Below, in pieces: positions 1 to 9,223 of a DNA stretch of 27,375 nucleotides. Position 1 is the first letter of the stretch; each line of letters begins with the position of its first letter. Below the pieces are notes generated by a model. The model was not told the DNA's origin, made no database searches, and worked only from the letters and a program-made list of their open reading frames with translations. The stretch lies in NCBI GenBank assembly GCA_964493715.1, contig CAZBPC010000040.1:1-27375 (forward strand). The letters run 5' to 3'. Origin of the DNA: an uncultured archaeon. GTDB taxonomy: Archaea > Asgardarchaeota > Lokiarchaeia > Sigyniarchaeales > SOKP01. A program made the position numbers and the translations under genes.

Positions 1-1117
1 AAGTTGTATCTCCTAATGAAACTCCAACCTTTATCAATTTAAAGAGTTCCATTAATTTATAGCAATCTTCTACGGTTTTTAACTCGAAATCTACCATCCC
101 TCCAAATCCGGTCATTTGTTTTTTAGCTATTTCATGCCCTGGGTGAGATTCTAATCCAGGATAGATGACATTCTCTACTTTTGGGTGTGAAGATAAGTAT
201 TTAGCAATTTTCATGGCATTTGAGCAATGTTTTTCCATCCTTAAACTCAATGTTCTTACTCCCCTAAGAATAAGCCAAGCACTAAACGGACTCATCACGG
301 GACCTTGGGTTTCTTGCCAAAAGTATCTTATATTTTGAATTTCTGCCTTAGGACCTATAATTACACCGCCAAGACAATCTCCGTGACCATTGACATATTT
401 TGTTAAGCTTTCAATTACTAAATCTGCTCCGTGCTTAAAGGGTAGTTGAAGCGCTGGTGAAGCAAAAGTATTATCAACAATGCATTTACCTCCTGCATTA
501 TGGATGAGATTTGAAATTTCTTTAATATCGATGATATCAACTGATGGATTTGTCGGAGTTTCAAAAAATACAGCTTTAGTTTGTTCGGTAATCGCATTTT
601 CGACTTCCTTTAAGTTACACATATCTACACTAATGGCAGTATTTCCCATTTGTGGGTATATTTTAGTTAGTAAACGAAATACTCCTGTATATTGATGTTT
701 ATGAACAATTATATTCGGAAAATGTGTGGGGTTATTTTGAGGGTAATAATTTTCTATTTTCTTCGGCTTCATTCGGTCTAATCTATCTTGAAATACGCTA
801 GAAAGAGAAAGATGGACTGCAGCCATTCCAGATGCTACGGATAATGCTTCTTCCCCACCATGAAGGGTTGCTAATTTCTTATCTAAAGCATATAACGTTG
901 GGTTTTCTGTTCTTGAATAGAAATAATTATTTCTTAACATTTCAGACATGGTCGAATAAGTATAAGACTTCGTGGCATAAATTGGCGTTCTTAGACTATG
1001 CGTCGTTGATGGATAAGGATCCTCTCCCGCTCTGATTTGCTGAGTATCAAATTGCCATTGATCCCATTTTTCTCTTAATTCTTTATTTATTTGGTCAGGT
1101 GTTTTCTTTTCTTCCAT
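1..1117 (-). CDS. PLP-dependent Cys/Met metabolism enzyme (methionine gamma-lyase / cystathionine gamma-synthase family), 3' end runs off the window
   Basis: Not in the ORF track; translated by hand from ATG at 1117: MEEKKTPDQ...LRTPIYATKSY...YSRTENPT...ASGMAAV...FFETPTNP...VDNTFASP...ESLTKYVNGHGD (PLP lysine)...YPGLESHPGH...GFGGMV...VSLGDTT. Starts 5 nt after the MttB stop. Confidence 0.93.
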   Translation of the reverse strand, partial: MEEKKTPDQINKELREKWDQWQFDTQQIRAGEDPYPSTTHSLRTPIYATKSYTYSTMSEMLRNNYFYSRTENPTLYALDKKLATLHGGEEALSVASGMAAVHLSLSSVFQDRLDRMKPKKIENYYPQNNPTHFPNIIVHKHQYTGVFRLLTKIYPQMGNTAISVDMCNLKEVENAITEQTKAVFFETPTNPSVDIIDIKEISNLIHNAGGKCIVDNTFASPALQLPFKHGADLVIESLTKYVNGHGDCLGGVIIGPKAEIQNIRYFWQETQGPVMSPFSAWLILRGVRTLSLRMEKHCSNAMKIAKYLSSHPKVENVIYPGLESHPGHEIAKKQMTGFGGMVDFELKTVEDCYKLMELFKLIKVGVSLGDTT

Positions 1118-1122
1118 TCCAT

Positions 1123-2625
1123 TCACTCCATACTTGGTAATTTTATTGCTTCAGTCTTATCCATTCCTTCAGCTTTTTGATAATCTTCGTATGTACGTGA
1201 AGAAATCTTCTTATAAAACTCTTGAAATTCTCTCTCTACTTCATTTGATATTCCCGGGCCTTTCTGAATCTTAAGAATTTGTTCCACTTCTTCTGAGGCT
1301 CTTTCGATGATATCTTTTGCGCCATTTCTCTGCCAAATTCCTCTCCGATCTCTATCTGCAAGTTGAGGAATAAATAATTCTTTTCGTGTGTTTTTTGAAG
1401 TATGTTTCAACATTAAATAATTCTTTCCTTCTGTAGCCACTCGTTCAATCTCATTTACTGCCATGGAATTTTCATCCACTTTTATACCTTCCATCCCTCG
1501 TTTAACAATATCTATCAACTCATCATCGATTACTAAAAGTTCTAAAGATTCAGCAAGAGATGATTCATAAGTACCCGCACAGGTAATATAATTAATCCCT
1601 GCATTTGCAGCGCAAAACAATGTCATGAATCTCTCAAAACCGTTCTGAATATCAAAACATTTAGATTCAGTCACTAAACCCGGACCTCTTGAAGGGATGT
1701 TATAATAGTGGGCTAATTGAGCAGCTCCAATCGTGATTAATCCTGTCTCAATAGAACCCCAAGCAACATTTCCTGTAGGAGGATCCATGGGTGCATTCAT
1801 GGTTGAATAAAAAACTGGACAACCTGGATTGATGAGTTGAGATAACACAATAGAAGATAATGTTTCCATATTAGTTTGTATGAGTAATCCCGCTAGGGTT
1901 ACAGGAGCAGTAGAACCAGCGCTAGCTGCTGGAGCTATAATTATGGGTTGCTTATATTTAGCAAAAATGAATAACCCATTTAACAAGAGAGTACTCATCG
2001 TTAGGGGGCTTACTGGATTAAAAAATCCAATTAAACGTGGTTTTTTCTTTAAAACATCCTCTCCCCCCACTATAATGGATGTAAGATCCATCATATCTTG
2101 ACTAGCTACTCTACCTAAGCAACCTAAACCATAAGGTTTAATACTGTTTTCAGCCCAAGCTTTAATTGCATGGAAATGTAATTCCAAATAGGGGACATCA
2201 TTTGGCCAAACATCTACATGAGAGCAACAAATATTTTTCAAGTAGTCAACAATGCGAATTTGTTTTATGGTATCCGCCAACACGGTTTTTCGCACTCCTT
2301 TTTTTTTAGTAGAATCATAGATGGTTACGGGGGTTCCCACGGTTGCAAAATTAACACTTTTCGTATTTACCTCAAAATTATATGATCCATTTGAACCCCA
2401 TAAAGTAAAAGAATCTGGGACGTGCTTAAGTTGTTCTAATACTAAATTCTCAGGAAATTTAACAAAATGAGTCTTATTATCTACACTTGCACCATTTTCC
2501 TTTAAAAGATTACGAGCTTCTTCAGATTCTACTTTAATTCCAATCTTTGCTAAAAGTTCTAAGGTTTTTCTATGTAACAGATCAATCTCTTCTTTTTCTA
2601 ATACTTCAATTTTATTCATTCTCAT
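1123..2625 (-). CDS. Trimethylamine methyltransferase (MttB/MtgB superfamily), non-pyrrolysine
   Basis: 500 aa with MttB-family motifs NPVSPL, AGSTAPVTLAG, Q-x-x-NPGCP, SKCFDIQNGFE, LVIDDE. No in-frame TAG; Val at the Pyl-equivalent site (GPGLVTESK). Confidence 0.92.
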   Translation of the reverse strand: MRMNKIEVLEKEEIDLLHRKTLELLAKIGIKVESEEARNLLKENGASVDNKTHFVKFPENLVLEQLKHVPDSFTLWGSNGSYNFEVNTKSVNFATVGTPVTIYDSTKKKGVRKTVLADTIKQIRIVDYLKNICCSHVDVWPNDVPYLELHFHAIKAWAENSIKPYGLGCLGRVASQDMMDLTSIIVGGEDVLKKKPRLIGFFNPVSPLTMSTLLLNGLFIFAKYKQPIIIAPAASAGSTAPVTLAGLLIQTNMETLSSIVLSQLINPGCPVFYSTMNAPMDPPTGNVAWGSIETGLITIGAAQLAHYYNIPSRGPGLVTESKCFDIQNGFERFMTLFCAANAGINYITCAGTYESSLAESLELLVIDDELIDIVKRGMEGIKVDENSMAVNEIERVATEGKNYLMLKHTSKNTRKELFIPQLADRDRRGIWQRNGAKDIIERASEEVEQILKIQKGPGISNEVEREFQEFYKKISSRTYEDYQKAEGMDKTEAIKLPSME

Positions 2626-2744
2626 GATTTAATCAAACTCGAATAATATGACTAATAATGATTTTAAGATTAGTAAACATTGATTAATGAAAAACTTTTT
2701 TTTAAAAAAAACGTTAGTTTATTCAAATTTCTATATTAAAGCTA
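2626..2744. promoter_or_regulatory. Divergent promoter region between MttB-1 and the corrinoid/MttB-2 genes
   Basis: 119-bp very AT-rich spacer between divergent starts with TATA-like A/T runs; individual elements not resolved. Confidence 0.45.
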
Positions 2745-3404
2745 ATGGTAATTAACATGTCTATTAAAGAGAAAATTCAAGAATTTGTAGTTGAATGGGA
2801 TGAGGAAGGGTTAAAGAATTATTGTCAGCTACTATTAAAAGATAAAGGAGCAAAAGCTTCTGATCTTCTTAAAGTTATAGGGGATATCATGAAATTCGTT
2901 GGAGATCAATTTGAAAATGAAGAAATATTTCTTCCCGAGTTAATTGGTTCAGCTGAAGTTGTAAAAGCTACAATTGATGAAATTTTAGATCCAGCAATTA
3001 GAGCTTCCGGAGAAGAAAAAAAAACAATGGGGAAAGTGGTTATCGGAACCGTAGAAAGTGACGTGCATAGCATCGGAAAGGATCTGGTTGGATCTTTTTT
3101 ATTTTCTAGCGGTTTTGAGGTGTATAACTTAGGTGTAGAGGTTACGGCTGATCAATTCATTTCAAAAGCGGAAGAAGTAGGCGCTGATGTGATAGGTTTA
3201 TCCTCCTTATTGACGATGTCAATGGATTTTCAAAAGCAAGTTATCGAGGAATTAAAAAAGAGAGGTCTACGAGAGAAATACAAGGTTATTGTAGGAGGAG
3301 CTCCTACTACTGAAGAATGGGCTGATCAAATTGGTGCCGATGCATGGGCAGATGATGGTATTGAGGCAGTATATAAAATTAAAGAAATTCTCAATAAAAA
3401 TTAG
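2745..3404 (+). CDS. Methyltransferase cognate corrinoid protein (MttC/MtbC-like)
   Basis: B12 cap region (F-x-x-EEIFLPEL), base-off motif DxHxxG (ESDVHSIGKDLV), GLSSLLT, IVGGAP. Confidence 0.95.
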   Translation: MVINMSIKEKIQEFVVEWDEEGLKNYCQLLLKDKGAKASDLLKVIGDIMKFVGDQFENEEIFLPELIGSAEVVKATIDEILDPAIRASGEEKKTMGKVVIGTVESDVHSIGKDLVGSFLFSSGFEVYNLGVEVTADQFISKAEEVGADVIGLSSLLTMSMDFQKQVIEELKKRGLREKYKVIVGGAPTTEEWADQIGADAWADDGIEAVYKIKEILNKN

Positions 3405-3420
3405 GAGATGAGTAAATAAA

Positions 3421-4950
3421 ATGAAATTAAAAAAGATCGAGGTTTTCTCGAAGGACGAGCTTGAAACCATTCATTCTGCTACAATGACATTGCTTTCAGA
3501 GTTAGGAATAAAAATAGATGCTAAAGATACGCGAGATCTTCTAAAAGAAAATGGTGCAAGCGTAGATGAAGACACGCTATTCGTACGATTCCCAGAATCT
3601 ATGATTATGGAAAATCTGAAAACAATCCCAGATTCATTCAAATTACATGGACCTGATGGTTCATTTTCCTTCGAAGTAAATACTAAAAGCACCCGATTTG
3701 CAACAATTGGAACCCCTGTTAAAATAAGAGATTTAAATTCTAAGAGAGGTGTGCGTAAAAGCATGATGACAGATACCATTGAGCAAATTAAAATTGTAGA
3801 TAGTCTAGAAAATATAGTTTGTTCCCATATTGATGTATGGCCGAATGATGTGCCATATATTACCATTCATACTGAATGTATTTATCAATGGGTAAAAAAT
3901 ACTCGAAAACCGTATGGTTTGGGATGTCTTGGAAAATTAGCCTCCCAGGATATGATGAATATGGCATCCATTATTGTAGGGGGAGAAGAAGAATTAATTA
4001 AAAGACCAAGATTTATAGGTTTCATGAACCCAACTTCACCACTTCACTTACCAAAATTAATGACAAATGGATTTGCAATTTTTATAAAATATAAACAACC
4101 GACTATCATCGCTCCCGAAGCTATAGCGGGAAGTTCTTCTCCAGTAACTCTTGCGGGTCTAATAACACAAACTAATGCTGAAATCGTCGGAAGTGCTGTT
4201 TTATCTCAAATCTTAAATCCTGGAGCTCCTATTTTCTTTGGTACCGTTTCACACATTACTGATATGCGATCAGGAAATTCTGCCATGGGATCAGTGGAAA
4301 TGGGATTGATCACGACAGGTATAGCCCAACTAGCAAGGTTTTATAATATTCCTTCTCGTGGTCCTGGGGCAGGAACTGATTCGAAAGTTCTGGATTTACA
4401 GAATGGATACGAACGACTACAAACATTAATGCTTGCAGCTCAAGCTGGCGTGAATTACATTACTTGTGCAGGTACCTATGAAGCCACTTTAGTTGAAGCA
4501 TTAGAACTTTTAGTAATTGACGATGATTTAGCTGGAATGGTACAAAGAACAATGGAAGGAATCTCTGTTAATGAAGATACCATAGGATTAGATGTAATAA
4601 AGAAGGTTGCGACAAGCAAAACGAAAGGAGTTAATTTTCTTGCTGAAAGTCATACACGAAAATTTATGAAATCGGAACTTTACATGCCTCGGTTATCTGA
4701 TAGAACCAGACGATCGACCTGGGAGAAAAAAGGCTCAAAAGATATCATTGAAAGAGCAAGAGAAAAAGTAAATCAGATTCTTGAGGATCATCAACCTAAT
4801 AAATTAGAAAATATTGTGGAAGAACGATTGCTTGACTATATGAAACAAGTCCAATCAAGAACTTTTGATGATTATAAAGAAGCTGAAGGATTAACGGTTG
4901 ACAGCATTACTTTACCAGATGGTATTGAAATAAAAAGTAAAAAGAAATAA
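3421..4950 (+). CDS. Trimethylamine methyltransferase (MttB/MtgB superfamily), non-pyrrolysine, paralog 2
   Basis: 509 aa, collinear with 1123..2625 (shared HxDVWPNDVPY, KPYGLGCLG, NYITCAGTYE). Gly at the Pyl-equivalent site (GPGAGTDSK); AGGAG upstream. Confidence 0.92.
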   Translation: MKLKKIEVFSKDELETIHSATMTLLSELGIKIDAKDTRDLLKENGASVDEDTLFVRFPESMIMENLKTIPDSFKLHGPDGSFSFEVNTKSTRFATIGTPVKIRDLNSKRGVRKSMMTDTIEQIKIVDSLENIVCSHIDVWPNDVPYITIHTECIYQWVKNTRKPYGLGCLGKLASQDMMNMASIIVGGEEELIKRPRFIGFMNPTSPLHLPKLMTNGFAIFIKYKQPTIIAPEAIAGSSSPVTLAGLITQTNAEIVGSAVLSQILNPGAPIFFGTVSHITDMRSGNSAMGSVEMGLITTGIAQLARFYNIPSRGPGAGTDSKVLDLQNGYERLQTLMLAAQAGVNYITCAGTYEATLVEALELLVIDDDLAGMVQRTMEGISVNEDTIGLDVIKKVATSKTKGVNFLAESHTRKFMKSELYMPRLSDRTRRSTWEKKGSKDIIERAREKVNQILEDHQPNKLENIVEERLLDYMKQVQSRTFDDYKEAEGLTVDSITLPDGIEIKSKKK

Positions 4951-4962
4951 CTGAATTATTTC

Positions 4963-5682
4963 CTACACAATTTCATTTTTATTTTCTTTGAAAATTCTTC
5001 TAAAAAGGTTTAGTAAATCAACTTTAAGTAATATATAAATTAGAAAAATAATTGCGTAAAGAGTAATAATACTTAAAATCCAGCTTTCTCCTCCTAGAAA
5101 ACTACAAATATTTAAAAGATTATATCCAAAAACTAGCATTAATCCAAATTTCCCCAGCCAACACCAAAAAACAGTTCTTTTTATTGAATATTTCAACAAT
5201 CCTAATGGAACTGTAATAAAATCATCATTAATTGGAGTGAGAGCGGCTATAAAAATAAGAAAGGGGGCTAATTTTGGATGTTCTAATAAAATTTGTTGAT
5301 ATGGAGACAATTTTCTCATCTTATCTTCTGAAATCAAACCAGAAACTCCTCTACCCACAAAATATCCTCCTAATTCACCGATTAAACACCCTAAGCTCGC
5401 AATAAATGCCACTAAAAAAGGTACCCAAAAATTTAATGATAAAAAGGGAGCAGCACTAAAACAAACTACAAATGTATAGGGTGTGGGAACGGGCAATAAA
5501 TTCCCAATAAGACATACTGAAAAAGTAATCACAAGTCCAGAAAATAGATCTTGAAATGGAGGATATTTAGAAATATTTTCAATAAATTCTCGATGTGCTT
5601 CATTTAGCATCAAATCAATTGAAATGATTGTAACAATTACGATTAAGATTAGAAAGATTAAATCTATTCTTTTGAGTTTCAT
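4963..5682 (-). CDS. DedA/VTT-domain membrane protein
   Basis: Multi-TM protein with LLPVPTPY, G-x-x-IGELGGYFVGR and ALTPINDD...PLG motifs typical of DedA/SNARE-associated Golgi family. Confidence 0.8.
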   Translation of the reverse strand: MKLKRIDLIFLILIVIVTIISIDLMLNEAHREFIENISKYPPFQDLFSGLVITFSVCLIGNLLPVPTPYTFVVCFSAAPFLSLNFWVPFLVAFIASLGCLIGELGGYFVGRGVSGLISEDKMRKLSPYQQILLEHPKLAPFLIFIAALTPINDDFITVPLGLLKYSIKRTVFWCWLGKFGLMLVFGYNLLNICSFLGGESWILSIITLYAIIFLIYILLKVDLLNLFRRIFKENKNEIV

Positions 5683-5745
5683 AAATCGTATCCAGTAATT
5701 AATAGTTATTTAAAATAAAAAGGACTTCATTAAATATTTGTTTCT

Positions 5746-5889
5746 TTAATTAAATGTGGGCATTGAAAATATAATAATAAAGACTGTTACTATAACACTA
5801 ATGAAAAGTAATAGGATAATAAAAATCCCTTTCCAAGCACTTTTCTTTTTCTTCCTTTCAACATAACTTCTTCTTCTTGCAGCATTCAT
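5746..5889 (-). CDS. Small (47 aa) single-pass membrane protein with basic N-terminus
   Basis: Below ORF-track cutoff. ATG at 5889, 2 nt after the gelsolin stop: MNAARRRSYVERKKKKSAWKGIFIILLLFISVIVTVFIIIFSMPTFN*. Confidence 0.65.
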   Translation of the reverse strand: MNAARRRSYVERKKKKSAWKGIFIILLLFISVIVTVFIIIFSMPTFN

Positions 5890-5891
5890 TT

Positions 5892-6647
5892 TTATGCATC
5901 AAGATCTTTAAGTTTTTTCTTCTTGATACTGTCGTCCAATTCGATTTTCTGAAGTAGTTGGGTGAGAACCACATTATTATAAGAAAAAATCATTCGTGGG
6001 GTATATCCTTCTGCTAAGTAGGAGCCATCATCAATCTCTTCTTTTAAAGGAAATAGTTGTTTTTCCTTAATAACAGAACCTAAATAATTCTTTTCATATT
6101 CTCTATATCCGTAAATCGTGTTCTTAACAATTACCATTTTCAAATCATAATCATCAGGAATTCCTGCTTTTTCAAGAATAAGTAAGATTTTTTCTCTTGA
6201 GAGAGATTTTAATAATTCTAAATTTTCTTCAGTTCCTTCATAAGCAGGACCTGTTTGTTCCTTCGTGTAATCTATTTCCTCTTCTAATCCAATCATAAAC
6301 TTAAAAGCATGAGTCTCGCTATCTTGATCTACTGCAGTTAGTTTATAAGCAATTCCATGTCGGTCTCTTATCGGTTGAGCCATCTTTGCTGCTATGAATT
6401 TCATGCGTGTAGTAGTATTCCATCCATGCCAGAGCCAGACTCTATAATGTTTCGGGTCCACGAATAGTAAAATGAAATCGTCATCTAACAATTCTGATAA
6501 GTTTACATCTGGATCGATGATTAGTTCTTCAAAATCTCCAATTTGATCGTTAAATTGATATACAACAATTGATTGTTCTTTCCTTTCGGGAATTTCCCCC
6601 GGTGAATTTTCATTGGACATGTTTAAGATTAACTTATGGTTTTTCAA
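5892..6647 (-). CDS. Asgard gelsolin-domain protein (one gelsolin domain plus C-terminal extra domain, 1DGelX-like)
   Basis: ELLDDDFILLFVDPKHYRVWLWHGWNTTTRMKFIAAKMAQPIRD matches the gelsolin-repeat consensus (LxxxDxFIxD...xWxG...K..A...A..I). Real start is probably ATG at 6620. Confidence 0.75.
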   Translation of the reverse strand: MKNHKLILNMSNENSPGEIPERKEQSIVVYQFNDQIGDFEELIIDPDVNLSELLDDDFILLFVDPKHYRVWLWHGWNTTTRMKFIAAKMAQPIRDRHGIAYKLTAVDQDSETHAFKFMIGLEEEIDYTKEQTGPAYEGTEENLELLKSLSREKILLILEKAGIPDDYDLKMVIVKNTIYGYREYEKNYLGSVIKEKQLFPLKEEIDDGSYLAEGYTPRMIFSYNNVVLTQLLQKIELDDSIKKKKLKDLDA

Positions 6648-6797
6648 TCTAACTATTAATAATATATAATAATGTAATAGCTATAAAAATTGACGGATAT
6701 TATACCGGTTTTTTAGTTAAAAGTCCAAAAGATATAAAAAGATGATGCTATTATTTTCTACATCTTTCATTATAATTATATTATAATATTCAATTTT

Positions 6798-6882
6798 GCG
6801 GGAATTGCCAAGCCTGGTCAAAGGCGCTGGACTCAGAATCCAGTCCTGTAGGGGTTCGGGAGTTCGAATCTCCCTTCCCGCA
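6798..6882 (+). tRNA. tRNA-Leu(CAG)
   Basis: Acceptor stem GCGGGAA/TTCCCGC plus discriminator A, D-loop GGTCAAA, anticodon arm CTGGA-CT-CAG-AA-TCCAG, long variable arm, GTTCGAATC T-loop; no intron, no encoded CCA. Confidence 0.97.
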
Positions 6883-6910
6883 TTAAATGAAAAGAAAAAG
6901 TGTTAAAAAT

Positions 6911-9064
6911 TTATATTATTTTAAGCTGATTTTCGCATTTGGGACAGAATAAAGGCAATTCTTCTTCACAAGGTTCTAATTCGTCACTATCTAACAATTT
7001 TCTCCAACAAACTAAGTGATCTTCAGATTTTAACATATCTCTTCCGTGGTGCTGAGGTATCAATTTCTTTGTTTTACAAGATTCACAAATTAGCATCCTT
7101 GCCTTAGATTCTAAAATTTCGCTATTTACCTCTTTAAAATTATTTCTATATCTTAAGATTCTGAGTCCATTAGCTAGTACTAAAAGAGAAACACCCATAT
7201 CCCCAATTCCTACCGCTAACCATAAAGTCATCAAGCCAAATACAGTAAGAACCGCAAAAGAGACCTTTACTATTATTGAAGTCCAAATGTTTTGCTTAAT
7301 AATTTTGTTTGTCTTTTTTGAAACGTCAATATAAGTGAGGATTTTTTTGAGATCATCACTCATGATGATGACATCAGCAGTTTCAAGTGTCAAATCGGTA
7401 GCAGATACTCCAATTGCGATACCTAAATCAGCAAGAGCCAATGCGGGAGCATCGTTTATTCCGTCTCCAACCATTGCAACACCTCGATATTGTTCTTTTA
7501 ATTCTTTAATTTCTTCAAGTTTTTGATCCGGTAATAATTCTCCTCTAGAAGAATTAATATCTAAGCAAGCACTTATTTCATCACATACCTTCTGATTATC
7601 TCCAGAAATTAAAACTGCTTCAAGATTTCTCTTTCTTAAACCATTTACCAAAAGCGGAGCAGAAATTCTCAAAACATCTCGAATCGTGATAATCCCCAAC
7701 AAATTACCATTCGATCCTAATAATATTGGAATAGTACCTTCTTGTTCAATTTTCATTAATTCTTCGGTAGGGATATCATAGTCTAATTCTATAAAAAACC
7801 TTTTACTACCAGCATGATACGTTTTGTTTTCAATTTCTCCAGTAATGCCCTTTCCTCTGATAATTTCAAAATTCTTTACTGAAGAAATTTTTAAATCCAT
7901 TTGATTCGCTTGGTTCACAATCGCTTTTCCGATTGGATGTTCAGAAAGTACCTCCAAACTAGCAGCGAGTGAAAGTACATCTTCTTTACTAATAGAATAC
8001 GAAACAATATCAAAAACTTTTAATTTTCCTTCTGTAAGTGTTCCCGTCTTGTCGAAAGCTAAAACATCTATTTTATTTACACTTTCAATGTACTTATTCC
8101 CCTTGACTAATATACCTTCTTTTGCCAATTTTGTTAGAGCAGTAATGTTTGCAAGTGGAGTAGAAAGTGTTAAAGCGCATGGACAAGACACTACCAATAA
8201 GACTAAGCCCCTGTAAAACCAATCATTAAAATTTTGATTAAATAAGAGAGCTGGGATAACCATTACCATAATAGAAGTTAGTAAAATAAGGGGCGTATAA
8301 TACCTAGCAAATTTTTCAATAAATCGCTCATTTACACTTTTATTTTGTTGAGCTTTTTTTATGCTTTCCGCTATTTGGGCAACAATTGTGTTTGAACTTT
8401 CTCGGGTAACTTTTAAATCAATAAAACTATCACTGTTAATGCTTGCCGCAAAAACTTCGTCATTTTCCTTTTTGTATATGGGCAAAGATTCTCCAGTGAT
8501 AGCACTTTCGTCAAAATACGATTGACCATTTATAATAACTCCGTCCAAGGGGGCTTTCATGCCAGGTTTGATACCTATTATTTGTCCGACTGTTACTTCT
8601 CTTGCAGGCACAATTTCATACGAATCATTGGTTTTTAATAATGCCTCCTCAGGGGCTAATTTTAATAATTCTTTTATTGCATTTCGAGATTTTTCAGTTG
8701 TCACTTCCTCTAAATGCTCTGCAATGGCATATAATAAAATAGCAGTTGCACCTTCTTGACCGTGAAAGATAAAGAATGAAGCAATTGCGGCAACAATCAT
8801 TAATATATTAGCTGTGATTTTTTTATGCAAAATATCTTTAATTGCTTCGCTAAAAATACCATAGCTAGAAAGGAATACCGACAATATCGCCAGCATTTGA
8901 CTGAAAAATACCTCTTGAGTAAATATTTCCAAAATTATGGAAATTGCTAATAATAGTGCCGATGGAACAATGAAAGCCCAAAAATGATGTACAAAATATG
9001 ATTCTTCTTCAATCTCCTCATCGATGAGATCACATGCAGGACTTGAACATTCTACAAGATTCAA
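6911..9064 (-). CDS. Heavy-metal P1B-type ATPase (ZntA/CadA-like, probably Zn/Cd) with C-terminal Cys/His domain
   Basis: TGES, SCPCAL, DKTGT, SEHP, GDGINDAP; Lys in IIVK and GDMG in the last TMs fit P1B-2. TTG start with AGGTG upstream. Confidence 0.93.
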   Translation of the reverse strand: MNLVECSSPACDLIDEEIEEESYFVHHFWAFIVPSALLLAISIILEIFTQEVFFSQMLAILSVFLSSYGIFSEAIKDILHKKITANILMIVAAIASFFIFHGQEGATAILLYAIAEHLEEVTTEKSRNAIKELLKLAPEEALLKTNDSYEIVPAREVTVGQIIGIKPGMKAPLDGVIINGQSYFDESAITGESLPIYKKENDEVFAASINSDSFIDLKVTRESSNTIVAQIAESIKKAQQNKSVNERFIEKFARYYTPLILLTSIMVMVIPALLFNQNFNDWFYRGLVLLVVSCPCALTLSTPLANITALTKLAKEGILVKGNKYIESVNKIDVLAFDKTGTLTEGKLKVFDIVSYSISKEDVLSLAASLEVLSEHPIGKAIVNQANQMDLKISSVKNFEIIRGKGITGEIENKTYHAGSKRFFIELDYDIPTEELMKIEQEGTIPILLGSNGNLLGIITIRDVLRISAPLLVNGLRKRNLEAVLISGDNQKVCDEISACLDINSSRGELLPDQKLEEIKELKEQYRGVAMVGDGINDAPALALADLGIAIGVSATDLTLETADVIIMSDDLKKILTYIDVSKKTNKIIKQNIWTSIIVKVSFAVLTVFGLMTLWLAVGIGDMGVSLLVLANGLRILRYRNNFKEVNSEILESKARMLICESCKTKKLIPQHHGRDMLKSEDHLVCWRKLLDSDELEPCEEELPLFCPKCENQLKII

Positions 9065-9223
9065 CTAGATGCACCTAACTTTTAATTAAATAGAAACTTT
9101 AAAAAATTTCTATTTATGTATAATAAGACTCGCTCAAAAAGGGATAGATATTGGAAAAGTTTTCAGTACAAGATATTATTAATTATAATATTCTTTTTCT
9201 AAATAGACGGAACTGATTATAGA

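Noticed and set aside
1123-4950. Pyrrolysine recoding in the MttB genes
   Set aside because: Both ORFs are full length with no in-frame TAG; Val and Gly occupy the Pyl-equivalent site.
5746-5889. Possible Cys-Sec (TGT TGA) selenoprotein in an alternative frame
   Set aside because: On recounting, the hydrophobic segment belongs to the uninterrupted ATG-initiated 47-aa frame; the TGA frame has no support.
6798-6882. tRNA-Leu as an integration site with att repeat
   Set aside because: No convincing copy of its 3' end elsewhere (only a short CCCGCA-like match near 23101) and no integrase.
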